A DNA stretch of 64,000 nt, from the IMG/VR virus record IMGVR_UViG_3300032282_004772, one strand, 5' to 3'. Within the stretch, counting starts at the first letter, position 1, and each line of letters begins with the position of its first letter. Of this stretch, positions 39,467 to 49,304 are shown piece by piece. Source of the stretch: a virus. Below the pieces are notes generated by a model. The model was given only the letters and a program-made list of their open reading frames with translations. It had not been told where the DNA came from and did not search any database. Made by a program: the position numbers and the translations under genes.

Positions 39467-40978
39467 ATGATTACAATAGTATATTCAACACATAAAGATA
39501 AAAATTATAACGAAAACTTTAAATCTCACTTAAAAAAGACAATTGGGGTTAAAGATTTTCAAATTTTGGAGTATGAAAACTTCAATCAATATTCTCTGGC
39601 TCAAGTTTATAATAAAGGAATATCAGAATCTATTTATGATATTGTAGTATGTTGTCATAATGATATAAAATTAGAAAATGGTTGGGGTAAAAAATTAATC
39701 AACGACTTTGAAAACAATCCTGATTATGGAATAATTGGTAAGGCCGGTAGTTGTTATTTTCCGGAATCTGGCATTTATTGGGAAAGAATGCAACAAACAA
39801 TGGTTGGTCAGGTTTATCATCATCCACAAGGAAAATCAAAATGGTTAAGTAGATACTCAGCAAAATTACCTTTTTTAATTCCTGTGGTAACAATAGATGG
39901 TCTTTTTATTTCATTCAATAAAAATAAAATTAATCATGTATTTGATGAGACAATAGGTAAATTCCACTTTTATGACCATTTATTTTGTTTACCTAATTAT
40001 TTGGATGGAGTTAAAATTGGTGTTACATCGTCATTTGAGATAACTCATGAGTCAGTAGGACAACCAAATCAAGAATTTTTTGATTCTAAAGTAAAATTTT
40101 TAGAAAAATTTGGTAAAAATCTACCATTGGATTTGAAACCTAATTTTGTATATAAAGAAGATATTAAAAAATCTGAATTTAAAAAAATAAAAAAAGTAGC
40201 AATTATAATTCCAACTAAAGGAAAAACACATTTACTATTTAATTGTGTTAGTTCATTCATTGATAATTGCGACACTAAAAAGTTTGATTTTTTTATTGCA
40301 GATACGGGGTCAAATGAAGAAGAAAAAGATTCAATAAAAAAATTCATATCCGATAATAAAGATAAAACACATATTAATTTTATCGAATACGATTACTACA
40401 ACTTTGCTAAAATTAATAACGATGTAGTTAAAAATCATATCAATGACGAATATGAATTTATATTGTTTTGCAATAACGATATTGTAGTGTTAAATAATGT
40501 GGTCGATGAAATGTTATCTACGTTTAAAGACAAGGCAAACGCTGGAACTGTAGGATGTAGACTTCATTTTGAAGATAACACCATCCAACATGATGGGGTG
40601 TTTATGGGAATTCAACAAGGAAGATTATTGTTATCACATGTTGGATTTAAGAGTTACTACAACTATTCAACATCGATTAAAACCGTGATAGGTAATACTG
40701 CTGCTTTGATGATGGTCAGAAAAAATGTTTTTATAAGATGTGGAATGTTTAATGAAGAATATGTTTCTTGTTTTGAAGATGTTGAATTAAATTTAAAATG
40801 TATTATAATTGGATTAGAGAATTATTTTTCAGGGAAATCAGTCGCATATCATTTTGAATCTCAAACAAGAAAAGATGACCCTGAAACACAAATAAATCAA
40901 TCTAAAGATTACATGAGGTTAGTACCTTTTGTTAATCAAAATATTGAAAAAATAAAAAGTAAAATTAATTTAATTTAA
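39467..40978 (+). CDS. Two-domain GT2-type glycosyltransferase
   Basis: HNDI/IDGLF/FHFYD N-terminal domain; IIIPT/NFAK.NN/NNDI/EDVEL/H.ES.TR C-terminal domain. Confidence 0.85.
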   Translation: MITIVYSTHKDKNYNENFKSHLKKTIGVKDFQILEYENFNQYSLAQVYNKGISESIYDIVVCCHNDIKLENGWGKKLINDFENNPDYGIIGKAGSCYFPESGIYWERMQQTMVGQVYHHPQGKSKWLSRYSAKLPFLIPVVTIDGLFISFNKNKINHVFDETIGKFHFYDHLFCLPNYLDGVKIGVTSSFEITHESVGQPNQEFFDSKVKFLEKFGKNLPLDLKPNFVYKEDIKKSEFKKIKKVAIIIPTKGKTHLLFNCVSSFIDNCDTKKFDFFIADTGSNEEEKDSIKKFISDNKDKTHINFIEYDYYNFAKINNDVVKNHINDEYEFILFCNNDIVVLNNVVDEMLSTFKDKANAGTVGCRLHFEDNTIQHDGVFMGIQQGRLLLSHVGFKSYYNYSTSIKTVIGNTAALMMVRKNVFIRCGMFNEEYVSCFEDVELNLKCIIIGLENYFSGKSVAYHFESQTRKDDPETQINQSKDYMRLVPFVNQNIEKIKSKINLI

Positions 40979-40979
40979 G

Positions 40980-41621
40980 ATGGCGGTTGGAGCACATAAA
41001 ATTACAGAGGACTTTGAAAGTGCGTTGTCTAAATACACAGGGGCACCATTTGTGGTAACAGTAGATAACCAAAGTAATGCGATTTTTTTGGCACTTATGT
41101 ACGAAAAAGTAAAAGGCATGGAAATTGAAATTCCAAGTCGAACTTACCCTTCAGTACCTTGTGAAATAATACATGCCGGTGCTAAAGTAAAATTTAGAAA
41201 AGTTGATGGGAGTACTATAAAAGGGGCATATCAACTAATCCCAACTAAAGTTTGGGATAGTGCATTAAGGTTTACTGTTGGTATGTATATACCAAACACT
41301 CATATGTGTGTATCGTTCACAGGCCCTTACAAACATTTAAAACTTGGTAAAGGTGGAGCAATACTAACTGATGACGAAAACGCGTATAAATGGTTTAAAA
41401 AAGCAAGATTTAGTGGGAGAGATGAATGTAGTTATCATGAAGACAACTTTGATGTAAATCCTGTAGTTGGGTGGAATTTTTACATGATGCCAGAAATATC
41501 GGCTAGAGGGTTATTACTAATGACTCAGTTTTATAATAGACAAGGTGAAGGATTGGAAAATGAAGATTTAGAATTACCATACCCTGATTTATCAAAATTT
41601 AAAATTTATACGGAACAATAA
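40980..41621 (+). CDS. Short DegT/DnrJ/EryC1/StrS-family sugar aminotransferase
   Basis: FE..L..Y.G, P..TY.SV, DSA, SF...K.L..G.GG.I.T, G.N..M. Confidence 0.75.
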   Translation: MAVGAHKITEDFESALSKYTGAPFVVTVDNQSNAIFLALMYEKVKGMEIEIPSRTYPSVPCEIIHAGAKVKFRKVDGSTIKGAYQLIPTKVWDSALRFTVGMYIPNTHMCVSFTGPYKHLKLGKGGAILTDDENAYKWFKKARFSGRDECSYHEDNFDVNPVVGWNFYMMPEISARGLLLMTQFYNRQGEGLENEDLELPYPDLSKFKIYTEQ

Positions 41622-42325
41622 TGAAAAAAATTGCAATTATGCAACCATATTTTTTTCCGTATATCGGATATTTCCAATTATTTAAGGAAATCGATGAGTT
41701 TATAATTTATGATAGAATAAAATACACAAAAAAAGGTTGGATAAACAGAAATAGGATTTTAACTACTAATGGGGTTGACCATATAAGTTTGCCAATAAAA
41801 AAAGATTCTGATTTTTTATATGTGTATGAGAGAAGTTTGAGTGATTCGTGGGAAAAAGAAAAAATAAAGTTAATCAATAAACTCAAAAATTCTTATAATA
41901 AAGCCCCGTTCTTTAAAGAGCATTTTCCAATCGTATTAGAATGTCTAAATCAAGAAGAAAAAAATTTATTTGAATTTATTTTTAATACAATAAAAATCAT
42001 TAATTCTTTTTTAGACTTAAAAACACCAATAATAAAATACTCTGAATTAAATATTAATGATGAATTAAAGGGCCAAGATAAGGTCATTGAAATTTGTAAA
42101 AAAGTTGACGCTAAGATTTATGTAAACCCAATTGGAGGGGTATCGTTATACTCAAAAGAAAATTTCAATAATGAAAACATTAAACTTAATTTTTTAAAAG
42201 TTAATAATGTTTTTTATAAACAAAGAAATAGTGATTTTATTGAGAGTCTTTCAATTATTGATGTTTTAATGTATAATTCATTATTTGATGTTAAAGAAAT
42301 CTTAAAAAAATATATTTTAATATGA
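41621..42325 (+). CDS. WbqC-like protein (putative sugar N-glycyl transferase)
   Basis: IMQPYFFPYIGYF, W.NRNRI, Y.NP.GG..LY, LSIID.L. Confidence 0.9.
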   Translation: MKKIAIMQPYFFPYIGYFQLFKEIDEFIIYDRIKYTKKGWINRNRILTTNGVDHISLPIKKDSDFLYVYERSLSDSWEKEKIKLINKLKNSYNKAPFFKEHFPIVLECLNQEEKNLFEFIFNTIKIINSFLDLKTPIIKYSELNINDELKGQDKVIEICKKVDAKIYVNPIGGVSLYSKENFNNENIKLNFLKVNNVFYKQRNSDFIESLSIIDVLMYNSLFDVKEILKKYILI

Positions 42326-43281
42326 AATGGAAAAAATTAGGTAGGATTTATAATCCTGAAGAACACTATAGCCCGAATAAAGAATGGAGAAAACACTTTG
42401 CTCAGAGTGTTAGTACATTAGTTTTTGATGATTTTATTAGAGTTTATTTTTCTTGTCGACCAGATAATGATTCTGAAGGACAGGCCAAATCATATACAAC
42501 ATACCTCGATTTAGATAAAAAAAATTTATTTAAAATTATTAAAATATCAGATAACCCTGTTATGGATTTAGGGGGTATTGGTGATTTTGATGAGTTTGCA
42601 GTTTATCCTACCTCGGTTATTAAAGAAAACGACAAAATCTTAATGTATTATGCGGGGTGGAGTCGATGTAAATCAGTACCATTTAATACTTCAATAGGTC
42701 TTGCAATAAGTGATGATAACGGTATGACCTTTAATCGAATAGGTAAAGGTCCAATTCTTTCTTCTTCTTTAAATGAACCATTTGTAATTAGTGGTCCTAA
42801 AATAAGAAAATTTAACGATAAATGGTATCTTTTTTATTTGGCGGGAAAAAAATGGATTAAAGATAATGGTACTCCTGAAATAATATATAAAATAAGGATG
42901 GCAACTTCAACAGACGGCATTAATTGGGTTAGAGTTGATAAAGACATAATATCTGACTTAATCGATGAAAATGAGTGTCAAGCAGGTCCTGATGTTTTTT
43001 ATTTAGACGGACAATATCACATGTACTTTGTTTATAGACATGGATTGAATTTTAGAAAAGAAAAAAATAGAGGATATAAAATAGGGTATGCAATATCTAA
43101 AGATTTAATTAATTGGGAAAGAAAAGACGATGAATGTGGTATTGGGTATTCTGAAGAAGGATGGGATAGTGAAATGCACCATTATCCACATGTTTTTTCT
43201 ATTGGAGATGATTACTATATGTTATATAATGGAAATGAATTTGGAAAAAATGGATTTGGGATTGCAATTTTAGAAAAATAA
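42322..43281 (+). CDS. Five-bladed beta-propeller glycosidase-like protein (GH32/43/130-like)
   Basis: Repeated MYY.G / IG.A.S.D...W blades; W.K.G.I start. Confidence 0.75.
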   Translation: MKWKKLGRIYNPEEHYSPNKEWRKHFAQSVSTLVFDDFIRVYFSCRPDNDSEGQAKSYTTYLDLDKKNLFKIIKISDNPVMDLGGIGDFDEFAVYPTSVIKENDKILMYYAGWSRCKSVPFNTSIGLAISDDNGMTFNRIGKGPILSSSLNEPFVISGPKIRKFNDKWYLFYLAGKKWIKDNGTPEIIYKIRMATSTDGINWVRVDKDIISDLIDENECQAGPDVFYLDGQYHMYFVYRHGLNFRKEKNRGYKIGYAISKDLINWERKDDECGIGYSEEGWDSEMHHYPHVFSIGDDYYMLYNGNEFGKNGFGIAILEK

Positions 43282-44438
43282 TGGACATAACATATAAAAT
43301 AAATGAATCAGATATCAACTTAATTAATAATCATTTAAATGAGTGTAATGACCATTTTATACCAAAATTAGAAAAGTACGTAAAAATATCTGAATACTCA
43401 GAAAAAATATTTAATAATTCTAAAAGATTTGAGTCTTATCTTGGAAAAGAATTAATTGGTTTAATTGCGGTATACGAAAATAAAAATAATAAACTTTTCA
43501 TTACAAATGTTAGTGTAATACCAACATTTCATGGAAAAGAAATTTCAAAAAAACTATTAGATTTTTGCGTCGAGTATTATAGACAACAAAAATTTTCAGA
43601 AATAGAACTAGAGGTTGATGAAAAAAATCTAAAAGCAATAAAATTTTATGAAAAAAATAATTTTAAAATAAAAAAAATAGATAAAAAAATTTTAATGACT
43701 ATGAATCTTAAAAGAGATTATAATGAAGAGTTTAAAGATACTCAAGACCATAAATATTCTTATGATTTTGATTTTGATGTTATGCATGGATATATGATAG
43801 ACTCCATGACACCATTTTTTAATGGGGATAATGTATTGGAATTAGGCAGTTATAAAGGTGATTTTACAAAAAGATTGATTCCATTATTCAATAATATTAC
43901 ATGTGTTGAGGCATCAGACGAAGCAATTAACATCTCTAAAACAAAATTACCAAACAATGTAAAAATCATTCATTCATTATTTGAAGATTTAAATTTAGAT
44001 GAGAAATTTGATAATATATTATTAACACATGTTTTAGAACATATTGATGAACCAACTCAATTATTAAAAAAAATAAAAGATAATTGGATATCAGACAATG
44101 GATATCTCTTTATAATTTGTCCTAACGCTAATGCGGCTTCAAGACAAATTGCGGTTAAAATGGGTCTTATTGAAAATAATTTTTCAATAACTAATTCAGA
44201 AAAATTACATGGACATAGAATAACTTACTCTTTAGATACATTAGAAAAAGACGCGGTAAACGCAGGATTAAAGGTCGCATATCGAACTGGTATATTTTTT
44301 AAAGCGTTAGCTAACTTTCAGTGGGACGAAGTCATAAATAAAAATGTAGTATCTAAAGAATATTTAGATGGATGCTATAAATTGGGACAACAATATCCTG
44401 ATTTATGTTCAAGCATAATGATAATCTGTAAAAAATAA
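43281..44438 (+). CDS. GNAT acetyltransferase-class I SAM methyltransferase fusion
   Basis: V.P.FHGK.I...LL and N.KAI.FY.K..F; then VLELGS..G, HVLEH, CPN. Confidence 0.85.
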   Translation: MDITYKINESDINLINNHLNECNDHFIPKLEKYVKISEYSEKIFNNSKRFESYLGKELIGLIAVYENKNNKLFITNVSVIPTFHGKEISKKLLDFCVEYYRQQKFSEIELEVDEKNLKAIKFYEKNNFKIKKIDKKILMTMNLKRDYNEEFKDTQDHKYSYDFDFDVMHGYMIDSMTPFFNGDNVLELGSYKGDFTKRLIPLFNNITCVEASDEAINISKTKLPNNVKIIHSLFEDLNLDEKFDNILLTHVLEHIDEPTQLLKKIKDNWISDNGYLFIICPNANAASRQIAVKMGLIENNFSITNSEKLHGHRITYSLDTLEKDAVNAGLKVAYRTGIFFKALANFQWDEVINKNVVSKEYLDGCYKLGQQYPDLCSSIMIICKK

Positions 44439-44443
44439 ATTTT

Positions 44444-45154
44444 ATGAAAATTGGAATTATTATATCAACGTATCAAAGGGAAGACGGAAAAACCCCAGTG
44501 TATTTAAATAGGACTTTAGATTCTGTTTTAGCCCAAACATATAAAAATTATAAAATATTTTTAATTGGGGATAGATATGAGAACAATGATGAGTTTGAAT
44601 CTTATGTCAAAAAAATAAATCATGTCGAGCATTATTTTGAAAATTTACCTATTGCTCATGAAAGAGATGTTTATGGTAGTAATAAAAACGCATTATGGTC
44701 TTATGGAGGAACTAATGCAACTAATTACGCTATGGACTTATGTGAAAAAGAAGGTATTGATTTTGTTGTAACTTTAAATCACGATGATTGGTGGTATGAA
44801 ACACATTTAGAAGAGTTCTACAATTGTTATGAAATGTTTAAATGCGATTTTATGTGTACAAAATCCACATTTTTTAATCCAAATAATTTTTTACCGATTG
44901 TGAATTCTAAAGAATATTATAATAGTTTTTTCCCTAGCTATGGAGCGTTGATACATTCTTCGGCAATCATTAATATAAAAAACATACCATTAAGATATAT
45001 TGATTTATTTAAAACAACGGGTAAAGTAGGATTACCCGGTGATGGAGAATATTGGAATAGGGCCACAAAATTTATGAGAGAAAATAAATTATGTGGAATT
45101 ATGATTAACAAATTAACCTGTAGACACGATGAAGAAGGATATGTCAAAAGATAA
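44444..45154 (+). CDS. GT2-family glycosyltransferase
   Basis: IIISTY.R, SVLAQTY.N, NHDD.W, GD. Confidence 0.75.
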   Translation: MKIGIIISTYQREDGKTPVYLNRTLDSVLAQTYKNYKIFLIGDRYENNDEFESYVKKINHVEHYFENLPIAHERDVYGSNKNALWSYGGTNATNYAMDLCEKEGIDFVVTLNHDDWWYETHLEEFYNCYEMFKCDFMCTKSTFFNPNNFLPIVNSKEYYNSFFPSYGALIHSSAIINIKNIPLRYIDLFKTTGKVGLPGDGEYWNRATKFMRENKLCGIMINKLTCRHDEEGYVKR

Positions 45155-45794
45155 TAAAAAAATAACATTTGAAATTACTGAAGAATCAATTTCATTAGTA
45201 AATGAAATATCAAAAAATATGAATGGTAAAACATTCCATAATCATTATCATATTTTGTACGATATTACAAATTCGATAAATAAAGATGATTTAATTTATT
45301 TAGAAATAGGTGCGTATGCTGGAGGTTCAGCATCATTAATGAGCTCAAATCATAAAATATCTAAATCATATAGTGTTGATATTGGTTATCCTATTAATAA
45401 AGAAACTGCAATTAATAATGTTTTAAAATTTAAACACAAGGATTGTGAATATCATTATTTTCACGGTAGTTCCATGGATAAAAAAATAATTGAAGAAGTA
45501 AAATCGAAAATTAATTATGTAGATATTTTATTTATCGATGGAGACCACGCTTACAATGCGGTATTATCTGATTTTAAAAATTACTCTGATTTAGTTGTTA
45601 AAGGAGGATATATTATTTTTGATGATTACTTAGATAATGTTCATAGTCCTGGCGTAAAACCTGCAGTTGATTCGTTGTGTGAAACCATAAATGAAGAATA
45701 TGAAATAATTGGCTCATTAAATTATGATTTATTAAAAAAAACCGATAATCCTAATTTAAATGGAAGTAATGAATTCATATTAAAAAAAAAATAA
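45129..45794 (+). CDS. Class I SAM methyltransferase (Methyltransf_24-like)
   Basis: LEIG...GGS, DILFIDGDH.Y, GG.I.FDDY. Confidence 0.85.
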   Translation: MKKDMSKDNKKITFEITEESISLVNEISKNMNGKTFHNHYHILYDITNSINKDDLIYLEIGAYAGGSASLMSSNHKISKSYSVDIGYPINKETAINNVLKFKHKDCEYHYFHGSSMDKKIIEEVKSKINYVDILFIDGDHAYNAVLSDFKNYSDLVVKGGYIIFDDYLDNVHSPGVKPAVDSLCETINEEYEIIGSLNYDLLKKTDNPNLNGSNEFILKKK

Positions 45795-45799
45795 TTTAA

Positions 45800-46552
45800 A
45801 TGGGAATTAATCCTAATAATCTTAAAAGTGTTAACAAAAGTTTTCATTCTAATTCAGATTTAATAAAAGACATAGTCGATAAAAAAAATTCTGAATCTAT
45901 TGTAAAAAATGATTCGTCACCTAATTTGGTTACGGAGTCAAAAAAAAGTAAAATTTTTGTTATAGGTCATAATAAAACCGCAACGACCAGTGTTATAAAA
46001 AACATTGCGGATTTTGGATTTAAAGTTGGTCATCAGATGACTGGAGAACTTATGTTATATGAGTACTTAAATAATAATTTTAATCCAATAATTGAACATT
46101 GTAAAACCGCTGACGCTTTTAAAGATGTACCATTTTCATTACATAACACATACAAACACTTAGATATCGCCTTCCCAAACTCTAAATTTATATTAACAAT
46201 AAGAGATAATGAAGATGAATGGTATGATTCTATAGTTAGATTTCATACTAAAATTTTTAAGGGTAAACTTCCTGACGCAAAATCTTTAAAAGAGTCTAAA
46301 TATATTAAAATTGGTTGGCAATACCTCGTTCACGCAAAAACATATAACGTAGAAGATAACGATTTATATAATAAAGAAAAATTAGTTATGTATTATAAAA
46401 AACATAACGAAGATGTTGAAAACTATTTTAAAGATAGACCTAACGATTTACTCATATTAAATGTGAAAGAAATAAATGGATATAAAAAATTTTGTGTTTT
46501 TTTAGGAGTGGAAAAAAAAGGTAAATTTTATCATCTTATGAGGTCAAAATAA
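45800..46552 (+). CDS. Sulfotransferase-family protein (Sulfotransfer_4-like)
   Basis: KIF.IG..KTATTS PAPS loop, D.P, FP.SKFILT.R, W..S, FLG. Confidence 0.8.
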   Translation: MGINPNNLKSVNKSFHSNSDLIKDIVDKKNSESIVKNDSSPNLVTESKKSKIFVIGHNKTATTSVIKNIADFGFKVGHQMTGELMLYEYLNNNFNPIIEHCKTADAFKDVPFSLHNTYKHLDIAFPNSKFILTIRDNEDEWYDSIVRFHTKIFKGKLPDAKSLKESKYIKIGWQYLVHAKTYNVEDNDLYNKEKLVMYYKKHNEDVENYFKDRPNDLLILNVKEINGYKKFCVFLGVEKKGKFYHLMRSK

Positions 46553-46621
46553 TCTAAAATAATAAAATCATTTCCATTTCACAATAAAAATGTATTATTA
46601 ATATATAAAAACATTAATTAA

Positions 46622-47365
46622 ATGACGGATACTAAAAAAAGAAAACCTTCGACTCATCCCCAAAAGGAAAACGAGTACAGACCACAAATGAATAAAAAAG
46701 AATTAATATCACAAATTGTTAAGAAAAAGACAAAAGATAAGTTTTTAAGTGAAAGTCAAAAAATATATTATGATATATTAAAATCAAATCAAATTACAAT
46801 TTGTTCAGGGCCCGCAGGTGTTGGTAAAAGTTATGTTTCCATGAAAGCAGCGGTTGACTTATTAATTGACCCACTTACCCCATATGAAAAATTGATAATT
46901 GTTAGACCGGCAGTTGAGGCAGAAGAGAAATTAGGTTCATTACCCGGTAATGTTGAAGAAAAATTAGACCCATATATTTTCCCATCTTATTATCTGTTAA
47001 ATAAAATTATAGGTAAAGAGGCAAGAGAAAAATTAAAAGAAATTGACGTTATAGAGGTTTTTGCGTTAGCATATATGAGAGGAATGAATATTGATAATTC
47101 AATATTAATTTTTGAAGAAGCTCAAAATTCTACGCCAAATCAAATGAAGTTATTGTTAACAAGAATTGGATATAATAGTAAGTTTTTTATTTCAGGTGAT
47201 TTAGAACAATTTGATAGACATAAAGACAAGACACAGACAGGTCTTTGGGATGTAATTAAAAAATTTGAAGGGTTAGATGATATTGGTATTTTTGAATTTA
47301 AAGATGGAGATGTAGTTAGAAATCCAATCATTAGTAAAATTTTAAGGAGGTACGAAGATAAATGA
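46622..47365 (+). CDS. phoH: PhoH-family ATPase
   Basis: GPAGVGKS, RPAVE, LG.LPG, YMRG, EEAQN, GD..Q, VVRN. Confidence 0.95.
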   Translation: MTDTKKRKPSTHPQKENEYRPQMNKKELISQIVKKKTKDKFLSESQKIYYDILKSNQITICSGPAGVGKSYVSMKAAVDLLIDPLTPYEKLIIVRPAVEAEEKLGSLPGNVEEKLDPYIFPSYYLLNKIIGKEAREKLKEIDVIEVFALAYMRGMNIDNSILIFEEAQNSTPNQMKLLLTRIGYNSKFFISGDLEQFDRHKDKTQTGLWDVIKKFEGLDDIGIFEFKDGDVVRNPIISKILRRYEDK

Positions 47366-47958
47366 GGATTGGTGTTGAATTAAATGGTGTTTTAAGAAAC
47401 ACCATTGGTAAATTAGAACTAGTATATAATAAATACTTGATTGAAAAAACCGATGGTATTGAGTCAGATACTGACTTTGAATACAGAATGGACTTACCGG
47501 TTACAAGTTTACAATTAGAGAATCATTTTAAATTTAGAGATAAAGAAGAGATGTACTCTTTTTTATTTGAAGAATTCCCAATGGAGATTTTCGGACATGC
47601 AGGGTCAACCGAAACTATGACATTTAATGACTTAAATGATTTTTACATTGACTTTAGAGACAATCACGATATATTAATCGTATCAGATGAAATTGGAAAA
47701 TCTAAACCTGCGTCTTTGTTCTTTTTATCAAAATTTGGATGTCTTATTGAAAAAGTTAAATTTTATAGTCACTTAACAATAAATTCAATGTGGGATGAGG
47801 TAGACATTTTACTTACATCAAATCCTGACTTATTATTAAATTACCCTAAAAATAAAACAGTAATTAAATTTAATACTGAATATAATAAAAACATAAACTC
47901 ACAATTTGAGATTTCATCAATCAAAGAATTAAAAGAAAAGATAAAAGAAATACTATGA
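47362..47958 (+). CDS. 5'(3')-nucleotidase-like HAD protein with degenerate motif I
   Basis: MRIGVELNGVLR (cf. RI.IDxDGVL); FN..YN C-terminal motif. Confidence 0.55.
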   Translation: MRIGVELNGVLRNTIGKLELVYNKYLIEKTDGIESDTDFEYRMDLPVTSLQLENHFKFRDKEEMYSFLFEEFPMEIFGHAGSTETMTFNDLNDFYIDFRDNHDILIVSDEIGKSKPASLFFLSKFGCLIEKVKFYSHLTINSMWDEVDILLTSNPDLLLNYPKNKTVIKFNTEYNKNINSQFEISSIKELKEKIKEIL

Positions 47959-48239
47959 CAAACATGCTTAAAATAATGAATGAACATTACTTTTTAGATT
48001 TAGATGAAATCGACAAGTATATTCAAATAGAACAAACTCAGCCTACAACAGGTTCAACAGGGGATAATCATATAAGCATTGTTAAATATGAAACCGTAAA
48101 ATTAATGTTAGAGGTATTAATGGACGAACATGAAGATGTCGATGATGCACTTGGAGCTAAAGGAGCAAACCATTTATCAATACCATTTAAAATTGCATTC
48201 AATACTTTAGTAAGTAAAAAAATATTAAAATCATTCTAA
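47955..48239 (+). CDS. Hypothetical protein
   Basis: 94 aa ORF overlapping the previous stop. Confidence 0.65.
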   Translation: MTNMLKIMNEHYFLDLDEIDKYIQIEQTQPTTGSTGDNHISIVKYETVKLMLEVLMDEHEDVDDALGAKGANHLSIPFKIAFNTLVSKKILKSF

Positions 48240-48244
48240 AAAAT

Positions 48245-49303
48245 ATGGAACAAAATAGAATAGAAAAATTAGAAAAATCAGTAGAGAGCTTAAAAAATAA
48301 AAGTTCTAGAATTTACCTATTTGTACAAGACACAAAAGGTAATCCTAAAGCGGGCGTTAGATACATGTATCAAATGGGCCTTGCTTTAAAAAATAAAGGA
48401 TATAACCCTGTTATATTACACGAAAAACCTGATTATATTGGTGTTGAAGAATGGTTAGGTCCTGAGTATATGGAAATACCACACAAACCTATTGAAGGTC
48501 AAAATTTAGAAATTTCGCCAGATGATTTTTTAATTATCCCTGAAATCTTTGGGTTTATTATGGAACAGGTAAAAGATTTACCGTGCGCAAAAATTGTATT
48601 GTGTCAAGCGTATGACCATATGATGGAAACATTACAACCAGGTTATGGGTGGGCAAATTATGGATTTTTAAAATGTATAACTACTTCAGAATTCCAAAAA
48701 GAATATATCTCATCTGTAATGAGAAATGTAACATTTGACATTTTACCTCCATACATCTCAAAAAGATTTACGAAGACGGAACAAACTCAAAAACCAATTG
48801 TTGCGGTTCACTCAAGAGACCAAAGAAAATCGGTTAATTTTATTAAATCATTTTATCTAAAATTCCCACAGTATAGATGGATTACTTTTAGAGATATGAG
48901 AGGATTAAGTGAAGAACAATTTGCAAATAGTTTAAAAGAATGTTTTTTAAGTATTTGGATTGATGAAACTAGCGGATTTGGAACTTTCCCATTGGAATCA
49001 ATGAAATCTGGCGTACCATGTATTGGAAAAGTCCCTTCATTATTTCCTCATTGGATGAACGAAGCTAATGGACTTTGGTTAGCAGAAGAAACTAAAATTG
49101 CGGATTTTGCGGCAGACTTTATCCAAAATTGGTTAGAAGATAACATTAAACCTGAGTTATACGAAGAGATGGACAAAACTTCTGACAGTCTATCAACCGA
49201 AGAACAATTTGTTGAGAACGTAACTGAAATATTTTCAAGATACTTTGAAACAAGATTAAACTCATTTGAAGAACAATTAAATAAATTAACACCTGTAGAA
49301 TAA
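48245..49303 (+). CDS. GT-B (GT4-like) glycosyltransferase
   Basis: D.LIIPE, SGFG..PLESM..G motifs. Confidence 0.7.
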   Translation: MEQNRIEKLEKSVESLKNKSSRIYLFVQDTKGNPKAGVRYMYQMGLALKNKGYNPVILHEKPDYIGVEEWLGPEYMEIPHKPIEGQNLEISPDDFLIIPEIFGFIMEQVKDLPCAKIVLCQAYDHMMETLQPGYGWANYGFLKCITTSEFQKEYISSVMRNVTFDILPPYISKRFTKTEQTQKPIVAVHSRDQRKSVNFIKSFYLKFPQYRWITFRDMRGLSEEQFANSLKECFLSIWIDETSGFGTFPLESMKSGVPCIGKVPSLFPHWMNEANGLWLAEETKIADFAADFIQNWLEDNIKPELYEEMDKTSDSLSTEEQFVENVTEIFSRYFETRLNSFEEQLNKLTPVE

Positions 49304-49304
49304 T

